A stretch of DNA of 64,000 nucleotides from Balanoglossus misakiensis (Eukaryota; Animalia; Hemichordata), in NCBI GenBank assembly GCA_040954595.2, contig CM082596.2, positions 5,840,791 through 5,904,790 of the forward strand, written 5' to 3'. The notes beneath the pieces are model-generated. The model saw only the letters and a program-made list of their open reading frames with translations. It searched no databases and was not told the DNA's origin. Positions 1 to 13,750 of the stretch are shown one piece after another (the first letter of the stretch is position 1; every line of letters starts with the position of its first letter). Made by a program: the position numbers and the translations under genes.

Positions 1-383
1 ACTTTTTTCCATATTTATAATCAATCACATTACCCACAATGCCATGCATGTCTGCAAACTGTTGAAACATCACTTTAAAAGTGGTGAAAAAACACAAAGA
101 AAAATGTTTGAAAACTGAACACAGCTGAAGTTAATAACCAATGATAACTGAGCCTCATGCTACATGTGAGTAGACAGCTGGTAGTTGTCTGAGAAAATAA
201 CGACCTGAAAGCAACCTCCAAGTTGCTCAACAAGTGACCTTTGACACATCTCTGCCCTACAAGCAGTAAATAGTCTGATAATTTCTGATAATTGGTGATA
301 GTGTTATCTTTTATTCTTTCTAGTGGTTCAGCTTAATGCACTTCATATCTTATCTCAGACTCTGTGGTGATAATCAGCTTTTT

Positions 384-409
384 TCTCTCTCTCTCTCCCT
401 CTCTCTCTC
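384..409. repeat. (TC)n microsatellite
   Basis: tctctctctctctccctctctctctc. Confidence 0.9.
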
Positions 410-2142
410 ACTGGTGTTGAATCTAATTTCATGTTTCTTCCAATGTAGATGGCAAATGATGATGATGATTGTCCTAAAAATTATCAGGGCTTTAATAATA
501 GCAATAATCACATTGCAATAAAGTCTTTAAGTGATGGCAAAGGTCATGAAGTGTAATATGACCGACTTTTATGATACATCTTCAAGTTTCTTTTGGCCGT
601 TATTCTATCTAGTTTTAGCAAGGCCATTTGTCAGATAAAAAAACTGTGGTTCCCTCCCAATCTGTGGCTACTATTTTGGGGTCCAGCATGCTGCATTGCA
701 CATGTTCGTTCCAGGGTTGAGAGAGGTTACTTCGCCCCGAGTCCAGTCAGAGAGATTGAATTTCAGGGACATTGGTGTTTGTGTGTATAGATTGGTTGGA
801 GGGCATGTGCAAATGCCATTCAAATTTAGTCACACTCAACAAAGAGAAGAAAAAGCCTCTGGGGGCTTGACTTGTTCATTATGCATAGGTCATCTGAGGT
901 CAGGTTCAAGGTCATTGCATACAACATGTAAACAAGTCTAAACTTGTAGAAGTCTTGTTGGTTATTTTCTACATCAAAACTTAGTAATGTGCAATATTCA
1001 TCAAATTATTTAAAAAAATATTGGTGCCTCTTTTTATTTAGTTTATTTTGTCAAGCGGTAATTTTGTCTATTACATGTCATCTTTGTTATCAAAAAGTCC
1101 CATCCTCTCAAAACTTTACTTGGACATGTGGTGATTATTCACAAAATCCTTTCAAGATGTTCTGCGGCTGTCAGTGATCAAATTGCACCATGTCTGGTGA
1201 ACATGTGGTATAAAATTACTATAACCATGTGTTTTATCTGGTATGTTATTGTTGTGTTTTTATTATCTTCAAACCCCAAAAACTAACAAGCAAACAAAGA
1301 CACACACATGCAAAATAAAGCCACGCAATTTCTACCACATTATAAAACTATTTTGGTCAAACAATTATTTTGGATGAGATAGTTGATTGAAATTTCTGTT
1401 CATTATTGGTCCGCAAGCGAATATTCCCTCCAAGGAGGACAACTACAGGTCACACTACTACATGACCAACCAGATGTAAATGACAGTAACCCTACGAGGT
1501 GATTGAACACTGATCTGACAGTTTGATGTGTGTGTATTGGCATGTATGCAATTACAAGAAGTGATTTTTTATCAATGTCTTGCGGGGTTCACGTCAATTA
1601 AAGCAATCAGACTGAAAAATGTTATAAATTTTGGGTTGTCACGCGATCTTCTCCACCAGATTGAATTTTATTTCTTGGTGAAGTTGTAACTGGTTTCCTC
1701 CGTGCTCTGGTGAGCACCTGACATTAGATATCAGAAGGGAAAAAAGTATGAAATAATATTATGAGAGCTGTCGTTATTTAAAGCGAGATAGGGTGACACA
1801 AACAAAGGCCACATGATGTCTCAATTGCAAGAGAGAGGCAAAGATAGGCCATCAGAAATCTTGCTCAAGTGGCCGGTTTTAAAAATATCACAGCTTTGGG
1901 CGTAACTGTCACTGAAGACTGTTCACCGAATCAGTTCTTGTCTTGTGGCAATGTGCGGTGCTCAACTTTTTAACGACCTTGTCTCCGCGACATTAAGTGT
2001 CCACTAAAAGTACATCCGCCCATGTCCATAGTCAATAGATGCAGTGTGCCACTTGACAACTTTGAAAAGTTGGAACGTCAACTCAAAACACCACACCAGT
2101 CTCTGGTTTATGTTTTACGCGTATTTATCAACTTTTTTTCAA

Positions 2143-2178
2143 ATGGGAAACCGCTGCTGCAAGCAACCGCATGGAAAG
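2143..2178 (+). CDS. Candidate first coding exon 1a, MGNRCCKQPHGK (myristoylation/palmitoylation-type N-terminus)
   Basis: aaATGG start, 12 open codons, donor AAG|GTAGGA, phase 0, matching the phase-0 acceptor at 18861. Confidence 0.7.
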
Positions 2179-5100
2179 GTAGGATACTTTGTTGAGAGTG
2201 TTTGATTTGTAAATGAGAGGCTGTCTTATAAGTTTTTCTCTCAAGGCTGTTTGTATTTGTTGTTTATAGAACGAAGACTTGAAAGCGATATTCTCAGATT
2301 GAATCACATCTCCAGTTTCTGTCTTGAAATTTCCTTATGTGTGCCATGATGACATAATTTCTTCTCCCAATTTAACGTAGGAAAAGGTTCTAGATAATGT
2401 GACATGTGCGGAGGTTGGTTGGGGATGAGTGGGGGGAAGGGATGGGGGTGGGACGACACGCATATTTCTGCAAGTGAATGAATTTTATAATAATTAAATG
2501 TTCCTCTTGCCTTGTATAAAACACAAGAAATACAAAGCAAACTGTCGCAGAGGAAATTTATTTTATGAGAATCATACTGGTATTGGGAGAGTTCATCAAT
2601 GATTTATAGATGTCAAAGTCACTGACATAGCAGTGGTGTCAATGTGCTTCAAAACAAATATTTTAAAACTAAGTACCCATCACGCCAAATTCTATTCTGC
2701 AGCTGTTTCAGTTCTCATGTGCAATGAAAATGACTACACAATAATTTGGATCAGTTTCTGGTTTCAAAACTAAATTAAAATTTGTCCGGTATACTTTCAT
2801 TCCTCCAATAATGTAATTGGATGGTTTCAAAATGACAACTATACACTCAGTTGTTCGACCTATGAACCGGAGCCCAGTGTATCAATTCGCGGAGATTTAA
2901 AAATAATGATGAGCATGAATCAACAGGAGGAAATTGATTTGGTGGCACAGATTCAAATGTGTCAAGAAGTATGAATGAGTTTCATGAGTATTTTTATCTT
3001 TCGATGATGAAGTTAGAAATGCAGTTCTGTTCAGTGACCTGCTGAGTACTCGTCCTCTGCAAGAACATCTCTTATGCACGTCGTTGTATCAAATAATCAG
3101 CATCAAATTTCTTTAAATCTAAATCTGTCGGATGTTGGCGGTCGTTCCCAGTGAAGTAAACTATTTTTTCTCCATACAGACAACTGTAGCAAAGAGATGC
3201 CCAAATTTATTAACAGGGCAACCCCCCATGATACAAATCAAAGAGAATTATGGGTAGTTTCATGATTGTGAATAAAGAGGCCAAGAAAAAAAACTGTGGT
3301 CACAATAACACATTTCTCAAAAATAGGGTAGGCACAATGTATAGTGGACAGCTTTTAAAAGATATTCTGATATATATATATCCAAGATGTATCTGAAATA
3401 CTGTCATATATTATATCAGAGATCAGTTGTTCAAACACCGAAAAAGACAGTGACGTCATTGTAATACATCTATAACTCTGTACAGGTTTTTCCAATTTGG
3501 TTTCATGTTAACTTTCGTTTTAATTAGAGTTTTGTTTTACTTTCCATTTATTTGGCTCTAAAAACTACTTTCAATGGGTAAAGGTTTCGTTATCCGAACT
3601 TCATACATGTATGTATTGGTGTAAGATTTTACCATGTTCTTATATTTCTACATATTAGGGTTTTAGTTTCTTTATGAACTATATCTGATATCAATGCTAT
3701 AAGCTCAACATTTGCAGCATTAATTAGCTAGATAATACTGGGCATTTCAACTTGCAAAATTCATCATCTACGCTGTGTATCAAGTACATGTATCTAGGAA
3801 TAATACTACACCATATCAACAAGGGTTATCTTTCAGGTCAACTTAGGGGTCAACGTCTGGGAGGTCACAGATCAGAAATCAAGTGATTGGTGTCATCATA
3901 TTATGGCTCCCATTCTAATTGTGTCATGCTTCAAATTCCAGGCCAAGAAATTCAAAAGTGAAATTATATATAATGCACTGAAATGTTTGTAAATAATATG
4001 TAAATGCCAGACATCAATACTGACAAAATACCACAAGTGAAATCCATTATCTCATATACATATACGTTACATGCTTGTATACTGCGCCTTATTATAAATC
4101 CACTCTCCTTGTAGTCAATCATAGACTTATGAATCAAACATAATCTAAACATCGGTAATCATTACAAGAAAAAGAAGGATGAAGATGATATAGACAGGTC
4201 ACAGGTCAAGGAGGAGTATAGATACAATTAAATTGGACTGCCTAGTGATAGATGTTGTCACTGTATATCCAACTGAGTTATTAGAAACAGCCCTGTCAAA
4301 ATAATTTACTGCTTGAAAAAAATTCAAGGCTCCATCCTATGTGCACAGAAAATTGATAGTGTCAACTTCTATATACTGAGCTTAAATCAAAATGTCTTAT
4401 GTGATACCGTGATGATGGGATCAGATGCCTGCCGTATTCTGAGAAGTTAATGTCTGAGTTTTGTCTCTGAGTTTAGCCATGGTAACTGTGGTTCAGCTGG
4501 GTGTGAATGATGACATCAAGACAAATAAACCTCCTCCTAGAGGGCAGCAAGGACTTAGAAATCATTAAATAGAATTACCAGTGTGAAATGACGTACACAT
4601 TTACAGTGTTTACCCTGTATAATTCATTATGGTGTTTTTAAACCAATCTGAATTGAACCTTGCTCTGTACGTACTAGCTATCTTTCTTTGGTCCACTATG
4701 GCCAACAAACAAATTACCTATTATACAAATTTAACAAGAATTTCTAAGAAAAGGCAGACCACACTTGTTATCTGATTATTTAAAGTTTGTCAAAGAAAAG
4801 TGGAATTATTTGGTTTGGTGATTACACCAATGAGACCACATGCATTTCATTTTCATTTGAAATTATCCAAATGTGACAGTTAAAAGTTACACCTAGTCAT
4901 TTATTAAGTCTAATGTTACTCCTATAATCTATTTTTACATCAGAGTACTAAAGCAAGAACTTCACTGATTGGAACATCAACTATCATGTAGCCTGCCCTC
5001 TATTGACTGCTTTTGACATTTTATTCCTTCATCATCAAGTGATCTCTATTGGTGGTTTTATGTGAATAAATCTAAGACATGACAAAAAGTTCAAAACTTT

Positions 5101-6049
5101 TTAGAGGTCCAACTTTATCATAGATCATTGGCCAAATTGGCCAAATATCTGTGAAAAAAATTGATAATACTGTACGTGTGGTGAGATGAGATGCTGTCAG
5201 ATCATGAAAAAGAAAGCATGTCTGGCATGAGAATACAACTTTATCCATACCCTACAGACAAGCACAGCTAGATTTATCCAAAAGAAGATTCTAATTTTAG
5301 TAATTAATACCTTCATCAAATGACAAGACGCCAGACAGTTTTGCAACTTCAAACTGGACAAGTCATTAGCTGGGTTTTCGCTGACATGAACACCAGAGTG
5401 GAAACCTTGAGATGACAAGAAAGTGGTATAAGCTGCTTGATGAAAAACATCTGGTGGACAAATCTGGCAGTCTGAAAAAAGTGCACAAAATCTAGCAAAC
5501 AAAAAAATATTTAATATCAAGATGCGTTTGTTTCCAAACTTTTCTTACTGAATAATGAAGGAAACCATAGGTTATTAAAACTTGAATCAGAAAATAAAAA
5601 AAAAAATTTCAGCAATAATAGATATTTCCAAAAAAATCATTTTTGACCAAAAATTGACAAAAACCTTTTCTTTCCCAGGTCGCACTATCCTGGCCAATTT
5701 TCAGTTTCTGTCTCCTGTCAGACTGCACAATCCGTCAGTGACAATTTAATCAGCTAATGTAATATCATACCGACATTGATATCCAATCACAGCTGTTCTC
5801 TCTGACGTTTCTAAAAATGTAAACCCTAGGGCCAAATTCCGTGCCTGCCAAGAATTTCACCATCAGACTCTCTCAATCTCCCAGCTGATGCATTATTGCC
5901 ATTGGTTCAGCTAGCTACCCAGGGCTGTTTCACTTTTTTCGTTGTTTTTTGTTGTTTTTTTCCTGTGTGGTAATCCAGCGTTTGTTTTCAAGCGAAAAAA
6001 ACGGCTCCCATCCTTTTACCTATATGTTGCAGTCTTTTAAAGTTTATTC

Positions 6050-6086
6050 ATGCGCATGAAAGACCGCAGCTTGCTGCAATTGCCAA
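6050..6086 (+). CDS. Candidate first exon (MRMKDRSLLQLP, phase 1) or uORF-bearing 5'UTR exon
   Basis: Donor CAA|GTAAGT at 6086/6087, with CCAAT/ATTGG boxes upstream (~5784, ~5901). Phase fits the acceptor at 56645 but not 18861. Confidence 0.35.
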
Positions 6087-6455
6087 GTAAGTGTGATCTT
6101 TTAATCTCCCCTACTTTTGAATCTCATTACAGAAACGCGATGTTGATCGTACTAGAGCCAGTAATCTTGTTAGCTGACATCTGTGTGGATCTTTGTCAAC
6201 ACAAATCTGACATCTGTTGTCAGCGTTTCGTTTTATTGCATTGCTCACTGATAAAATATAACAAGCAGCCATCTTTAATGTAGATAATTTCTTGTACTTG
6301 GATTATCAGCCTTTCATGCCACATGTGCAGAAAGGAATAGGGTGAAGTGATTGTTAACTTCTCCAGTTGAGTGTTTTCGCGAATTTACGTACAAGTCACC
6401 AAATACTTATAAATAGAAATGTTTATTTTGAAGCAGAAACTATTTAAATCCTCTG

Positions 6456-6730
6456 AGAAAATTCCAAGAAACCCACTTTTATTATTGTCATGTTCGTGAA
6501 GTTTTACATATAGCTCAGCCAAATGAAATTAAATTCAGTGTTCGGATAAAACCACATGGTCACCCTCCTCAATTTTGAGATAATCTTTGTTAAATGTGTT
6601 CATCTAGAATACCATTAGTGAAAAAAGGCTTGCTCAACAGTTTTTTGCATTATTGACTTATGACATGGTGGCCCCTATATTTTATAGAGAAATGACAATA
6701 GTTTCAATTTAACAGATCGTACATCCTTAA
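6456..6730. mobile_element. Degraded partial copy of the TTAA-flanked element at 35496-35916
   Basis: Shares colinear blocks (tattgtca..ttttaca-atagctcag, ggtcacc..ttttgagataa, cccctatatttt, aatgacaata-tttcaattt) and the right terminus CGTACATCCTTAA. Left boundary approximate. Confidence 0.75.
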
Positions 6731-9700
6731 AAGTCTGTAACTATGCAGGACAGAATGAAGTGTCTCAGCAAACATCTGGATCTCATCTGCCTCCAGCTGA
6801 TTTTTGCATCAAACCTAAAAAATGTCGAGCCATTATTGTCAAATATAGCCCAGGGCATTAGAAATACTGTTATTTTTATTCTCTAAAGACATTCTCAAGT
6901 ATGTAACATGGGATTGTTTTCAGTCACGTGAGAACTTTTCTGTACCATAAAATGGCTCTAGAGGGTAACTGGTCTCCCTACTTGGAGTTTTATACGTGCC
7001 ATTAACCTTGGCATGAATTGAAGACTGGTGATCAAGCCATCCAAAGCTGGTAGCAATTAAAGTCTAGTCCAATCAGTCTGTTGACTTCATCTAGACCAAC
7101 AGTATTTCTTATAAAGTGGGAAATCATCAGAGTTATTTTTGTGGTAATTACATGTAATTGTCATATTTCGTATTTCCCTGACTTACAATATTCCACCGCA
7201 ATGGAATTGTAGACTGTTTGAAATAGCAGTATTAAGGAGTTATAATAACTTCATTAAATGAATTCATTGAATAATTAACTAGGGTTCATATGATCCTGGA
7301 ATTCTAAACCAGACATGTAAAGTCCTTGAATATCATGGGCAACTTCACTCTGGGAAAGTCCTGGAAAATGTAACCTTAAAAAAGACTCATACTTCTGGTA
7401 TAATCATAAACTGCCATTGATTTGATAAAATTACCGAACAACTTTTCCTTGGAAATAGCATTTTTGATCTCAAAAACTCTCGGAAGACTACTAAAACAGC
7501 AAAAAGTTCTAGCTTTGACTGACTGACCGACTGTCTTTCTGTCTGATCATCAGAAAAACTTGCGAACTGTTGCACAAAAAATCTGATATCTTGTTACAAA
7601 TACATTGTGGGTCTGGCTGTGGTAAAACAAAAGATTTACGAAATGCGCTTATAGAGAACAGTCTTAACATTTTCTTGTAAATTTTGTAAATCATGAAAGT
7701 ATGTGGAAATTTGAATGAAAGTTGTATTCTGTTTATTTGATAACTTAATGGAATAGGCAAGAGACGAAATATTACTTGATGTTTTCTTTTTGATTTTCAT
7801 CGACGTTAACAAGATCTTCTTTGGTCATAGAAAAAGTTTTCTGACGTATATACTTCCCATGTTTTTAATTGTAGGTCTGTAAAGAATGTTTTGCAGACCA
7901 CAATTGTGAAGACAAAAGTAGGGCCATGTCTGTCATCCCCTTTTTCTGTAGGCTACCTTTGTTGAACAGTGACATCAATGTAGTGAAAGCCTGTTGTTAT
8001 TTTTGTCATTTAGGTATAAATCTGTTTATTGTACGCTTGCCGAGTCCGTCACACATCATGTGTAAGACGATATTGTGTGGCCTGAATGACAAATATGCAA
8101 ATATTCCCCCCTCTCTGTTCAAAACTACTCATCCAACATGACATAGCGGTGTCTAGTTTTGCATTTCTTGTATCCTCAATAGTTATAACAACAGTTGTAT
8201 GACAAACACTAAAAAAAGAGACAGCGTGTGTAGTCAGTCAACTGCAGAAATATATGAACCGTTGAAGAGTGGCGGCTAAACACAGTGCTGTATAGTTACC
8301 ACTTTAAGACTCTTGAACCACAGTCAGTAGACCAAGTGACCATTCAAAAGGTTAGACAAGATTTTTCTTTCAGTGTAATCACTAACTTCAGAAGTTGCGT
8401 GAGGTCAATCATAAAATGCTGAGCGCCACGGACATGACAGTGTTACATGAATGGCTGTTAGTGTATTTCTCTATGCCATCGATGAATGTCATGTCTTGTA
8501 AACATCTTTTCATCCTGTTAAACGATCCAAACTGATTTTAGCCTGGATAAAGCTGACACGTGCAGTTTGAGTCCAATCTAACTGCCCACCCTTTTGAAAA
8601 GTTGTCTGGATCTGCTACTTACCAAAAGCTGGTTATGCCACTTGAGGGTTTACCAGAAGATTTTTTGTTGTGGTATCTTTAATAATGAGTGTAAAACTCA
8701 GGTGTTTTGGTATCATACAGTTTTGGAGCAGGACTTACCTGTATATCCTTTTAACAATGGTTGTTCCATGTTCTTCCTATTTCTTTTCTTTGCCAACTGA
8801 AATAGAAAAAAAATTATAGTAATTTATAAAGAAATTCATATCTATATATCAATATGTCATAACTTACTATACATTTTACAGGGCAGAAAATTTGACCAAT
8901 TTAAAGCGTTATGATTTACTTTTACAAAATTAAAGCAGTCTTTGCAATTTTACCATTGGGATGAATTACAGTGACCATGCAGGGTTCAGTCAATGACCAT
9001 GCTGTCGTTTCTTTGACATGACTGATGTACAGAATACATGTATATACAGCTGCCAGACTTAGTCTAAACTTTAACTGTTAAGCTAAAAGTTTAATAAACT
9101 GGAACCCCAAGAAGAGATAGTATATGACCGCCTGAATTAATAGTAACACCACATGAATGTATGCAGTACAGTGTGTGGTCTGCCCGTCGTACATTGCGGA
9201 TATTACTTGCGACCATCTCTGTCATCTTGAAATGAACAAGTGTCAAAAATGTCACCCATACCAGTGATATCAGTGGAGAAACTGAACATGTGGTAGGGAA
9301 TGATTGGTGGTGATGATGGCGATGGACACTAAATTGTGCGCCATATGCAGTAAATTGATTTGACTGACTGATAACCCAAACACTGGCACGGAGGGATTTA
9401 TTTTAAGAAGGGCAGAAGTTCAATTCTTCAAAGTGGAATGATGAGTTTGAAGGAGGGTGGTCAGTCCCTGATCCTGATAAAACATCACTTGGATTGTGAA
9501 GATGCACAGTGTATCTAGCTTTGTCTTATGACTGTGGGTATCAAGTCATTGCTTTTCTAATGTTGACAAGTCCAATGTGACATGAAATGGTTCTTGGTGA
9601 TTTTACGTCTATGACCCGAGTGACACCTAGGGGATTTGCAACAACCTCCTTTAGTGGAGAACTGAACTCGCTCGATATTCCCAAGAGCTATTCTCGTTTC

Positions 9701-9989
9701 ATCTCCCTAGATTAGCGGCTCCCTTCATCTATGTTTGGAAGGTAATTACGGTAGAATACTAAAAATAATGCCATTAATTCACATGTCCAGGCATGAGTCC
9801 CCACAAGATTCAGATTAAGTTTCTGTTTGCCTCTGAAAAAGGGGCTTTTCATTTCGCGGCTTTGTTTCTCATCAGTTTAGGGCCTGCACTCTGAAACCAG
9901 ACAGCTGTAAAATAGTTGTAGATTAGTTTAGAAAGAAAAAATGCAGGGCACCCCTCTGGAGCAAACAGGGTCACCAACAAGAAATGCTG

Positions 9990-10060
9990 ACGCTCGATTG
10001 GTTGACCGTGTATCACTTTGTCTGCAGCCGCAAGCTGATTGGCTGTCATTTGCATAAAGT
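9990..10060 (+). promoter_or_regulatory. Putative promoter of exon 1b: two inverted CCAAT boxes and an octamer
   Basis: ATTGG at 9997-10001 and 10038-10042; ATTTGCAT at 10048-10055; locally raised CpG. Confidence 0.5.
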
Positions 10061-10190
10061 TGATAAAGTTCAGTAGTGACAGTGTAATCACTCGCGAGTT
10101 GATTTCTGTTCGCTTTTAAATGGTTCTAAACATTTGTTTGAGTCAAAACTTGCCACTGACTGGGATCTTCGTTTTTTGAATTGAATCAAG

Positions 10191-10199
10191 ATGGGAGGG
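10191..10199 (+). CDS. Candidate first coding exon 1b (MGG)
   Basis: aagATGG Kozak context, ATG GGA GGG then GTAAGT, phase 0. Promoter motifs 140-190 bp upstream. Confidence 0.65.
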
Positions 10200-12028
10200 G
10201 TAAGTTTGTCCAATTTCTGTTATTATTTTCCCTTATCCTTCTGAGACGTCTTTTGTAAAACTCGAAATGCAAGCTTTTCTCTTTCTTGCCTACTTCATCT
10301 GACATGTGATGTTTCCCAGATTGACAGTTTGGATAAACACAAACGTGAGTCAGGAATCCATTGTTTGTGCAGGAGCAGTGAACATTACATTCATTACAGC
10401 GGACCACGGTCAAAACAAGAAATCTTTATACTCCATTTCAGTGCGTACATGTATATAATTTCAATCATGCAGTCTCTGCCATCTTGAAGAACCTTGAACT
10501 TAACATATCCTGGATTTTTCCCCAAAAAACACTTTTACTCTTCCAAATATATAAAGATTGTTTAATACTCCTAACCATAGGAATTTCTCCTTAAATTCTC
10601 AGTTTTAATCCATAGACTCCAGCGTATATTAGACCCATTAAGCCAGTTTTCCATATCAAGCATAGTTAGGAATTTGCGTTTTCAAGAGGGTTAAAAAGAT
10701 AATGATAGATAAGGGTTGTGTCTCCATGCTGAGTGAAATTTTCAGAAAGGATTTGGCGAGCTCCAAATCATTGCTCTGACAGTCAGTTTTGTAGTGATAT
10801 TGCTCAGATGTTGACAGCCACTAATTTCAAGTTAACCCCTACCCTTTTCACTACCAGATGTTGGTGAAAGCCCAATTGTTTCCAGTAGTATGTTTGGACC
10901 TATAAACAGTTAAATGGGGGTGAAAGGGTAATTGCCCTTCACTCTGCGTTAAAATTCGGTACTAAACTTCTGAAAAGGAGAAACACATTTTCTTGAAATT
11001 TACATATTTTGATTTTGATGGCTTTGATATACAAAGGTTTTGATTTTTTTGTCACTTTTATAGTGATGATATTGTCGCAGTTGTCATGGAAGTTTCACAC
11101 AAGACAATTGGTTAATGAATCATGATTCTCAGCTAGATTTTCATCAAATCCATCAATTTTTCTTTCAAGCTTCAAAAGTTATCATTTAATGTGGCCAGAC
11201 CAGACACTGATTTTAGGTTTGCCGTGCCACTGAGCTAGAATTCATTTGACACTACACACTTTTATGTACTCAGTATTCGGATGTTTTACGAGTTGTTTAC
11301 AGAAAAAGCAATGTTGTCAGTGAGAGTGTAAAACGGATGTCAAAAACACTGTTTATTAAAGAAAGCCTGGGAAAATCATCCCACCATTGGAAGCTGTTGA
11401 ATTTGCAATGAACCAGAAACTTGTTGAAAACTATTTTTCACTGTTTATGGAGTCCCTGTGAGTGGGTGAGGAAATTAGATTGGGTTAACACTACAGTGTT
11501 TGATGTGAATCTCAGTAGAGATGGTTTGATCATCTGATGTGGTGTGTTATTGAAGGGTTATACATTGGAAGTGTGGTGGGAGGGGGGGTTGGTTAAATAA
11601 AAGGGGGGGGGGGTAATATTGTCACAGTACTTTATCCAAGGTCTTGTACTAGACCTTGTTTTCTCAAGAGAAGTTATACCAGACTCGGTATGCCATTCCA
11701 GGCTCAAATAATCTCAGCGGATTACAGTAAATATTGACAGAAATAAACACAGCGAAAGTAATTCTTTCCTTGAGGACAGCTAGATTCTAAGATTAGTTTT
11801 CAGGGCATGCAGGTTTGGGTGGAATCATTCTGCATTATGACTCATCATTATACTTCACATTCCACGGTGTTTTTAAACTGAGGTCAGAGAACATTTTACC
11901 AGAAAGTGGATGATGGAGTGCTGCAGACTCCTTCTGCAGATAACTTTCTTGTACCTATATCAGAAATGTTTATGAAATTTGATGATTAACAGCTACAATC
12001 CAAGTAATACAGTGCACCTGCTAATAGT

Positions 12029-12472
12029 TTATATTGAACACCTATTGCCTGGCCATGAGGGCCATAGTGGCCGTTTATTACACCCGAGGGGCTGTGAGTT
12101 ACCAGAATCATATGCTATTTCCCGAGGCCGCAGGCCGAGGGAAATAGCATATGATTCTGGTAACTCACAGTCACGAGGGGGTAAAAACGGCTGCTATGGC
12201 CCGAATATAGGCCAGGCTATAGGTGTTTTATAATAAACCTTATGCTAACAGCTGGGAAAATCTTGCAATTTTCTCTTGAGGTTGGCAGACGATACCTTCC
12301 GCGGTGGCCATTGTGTCAGACGACGTGACGTTGGTCACGTGACCTGTTTATATTTTTTCTGCTATTTCCCTAGCGGTTCATAGTCGATTCTATTTTCCTA
12401 TCACGTGACGGATTCTGGCGAATCACGGCACAGTATTAGCATGAGGTATATTATAATAAACACCTAACTGCC
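12029..12472. mobile_element. Compound double-hairpin (foldback) element
   Basis: Perfect 32-bp arms at 12092-12123 and 12139-12170 inside a ~200-bp palindrome. A second inverted pair spans 12228-12456. Confidence 0.75.
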
Positions 12473-13589
12473 AACACTTGTTTCATATATCATTTCTTTA
12501 CTTTTCGTCTTTAGTTTAATATTTTATTAATTCCTGCAATAGTCTAGAATCTTAGGTGGTGTCTGAAGGTCTAAGGATTGCAAATTTCACCAGCTACATT
12601 CTGGCCTAGTTTGGCAAACTGGGGAGAATATCGACTGACCCTTTCCCAGGGTCATTGATAAAGGCTGACATATTTATAGAAGGCAGGGCTGGTGTATTTC
12701 ACAGAGCTCTTTGTCAAGGTCATGTATTCTAGGTTGACTAATGACATTATAGAGATATAGAGAGTGAAACTGATAGTGGAAGAATGGAGTTTGATATGAG
12801 CGACCTTCGTCATGTCATGATGAATCAGTCAAGATGTCATTCAACAATTCAGCTCTTTTCAGTTTTGTTTTGACTGTCTTTACAATGACTGCGTTATAAT
12901 AATACTAGCACATCATAAAAATATGGTATGTTTGAAGCTGAAATTGTAGAGCAATTGTCGAACCCGCTTCTGTTCTATTCTAGTTTGTAGCGATCCTTTT
13001 TGGCACTGCCGAAATTATGGCTCAGCAATCCAGTTTTATCAATTTTTTTATTTTTGCTTAGCCATGAAAAGACAGACAGATAAGTAGGCTACCTGAGTTC
13101 ATTAGGTGTCAGGGATTTTTATTTCCGACATGTATGGTAAAAAAGGATCAATTTCATGCCTATTATTATAAAAATAAGGTAAACAACCAGCAGAAAAGTT
13201 GTCTCGAAACAACCATGCGCTCACACACACATGCACGCCAGACAGAGCAGCCTGAATGGTCAACATCTGGAAATAGCATCATTGCCAAAAACTGTCAACA
13301 AAACAATTTAGGACCCGGTCATTCACCATGCATAATTCCAACAGAGCGATGATCAGTGGAAGGTCATTCGAGGTCACGCCGACATGCAGCACACACACGC
13401 ACAGAGTGCGTATAATATTCCATTCTGTGTGTCAGAAACTGATATGTGTCAGTGGAGGTTACACACCGTCTTTGTCAGTGAATAGCAACACGTGTGCCAG
13501 ATGTCAGCCCTTTTTTTTAGTTCAACGACAATCATCATGGTGCGTGTCACATTCCTGATGGCTTAGCTAAATCCAGAGATCTTCCACAC

Positions 13590-13625
13590 ATGCATAAACT
13601 GTGCCTGAGTCTAACCCCACCAAGG
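13590..13625 (+). CDS. Candidate first coding exon 1c (MHKLCLSLTPPR)
   Basis: ATG, 12 open codons, donor AGG|GTAAGT, phase 0 matching 18861. Confidence 0.5.
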
Positions 13626-13750
13626 GTAAGTCATGATACTTTTGGCATAATTAAAAATACTCTGGGTTAAAAACGTACGGCAATGTATGGGGGGAAAAAC
13701 AAGCAATTTATGGGTATACAAGGATAAATGGAAAAGTACAAATTACCATT

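Noticed and set aside
10571-10931. Possible piggyBac-type MITE remnants (TTAACCC / GGGTTAA-like ends)
   Set aside because: Termini too degenerate to pair confidently.
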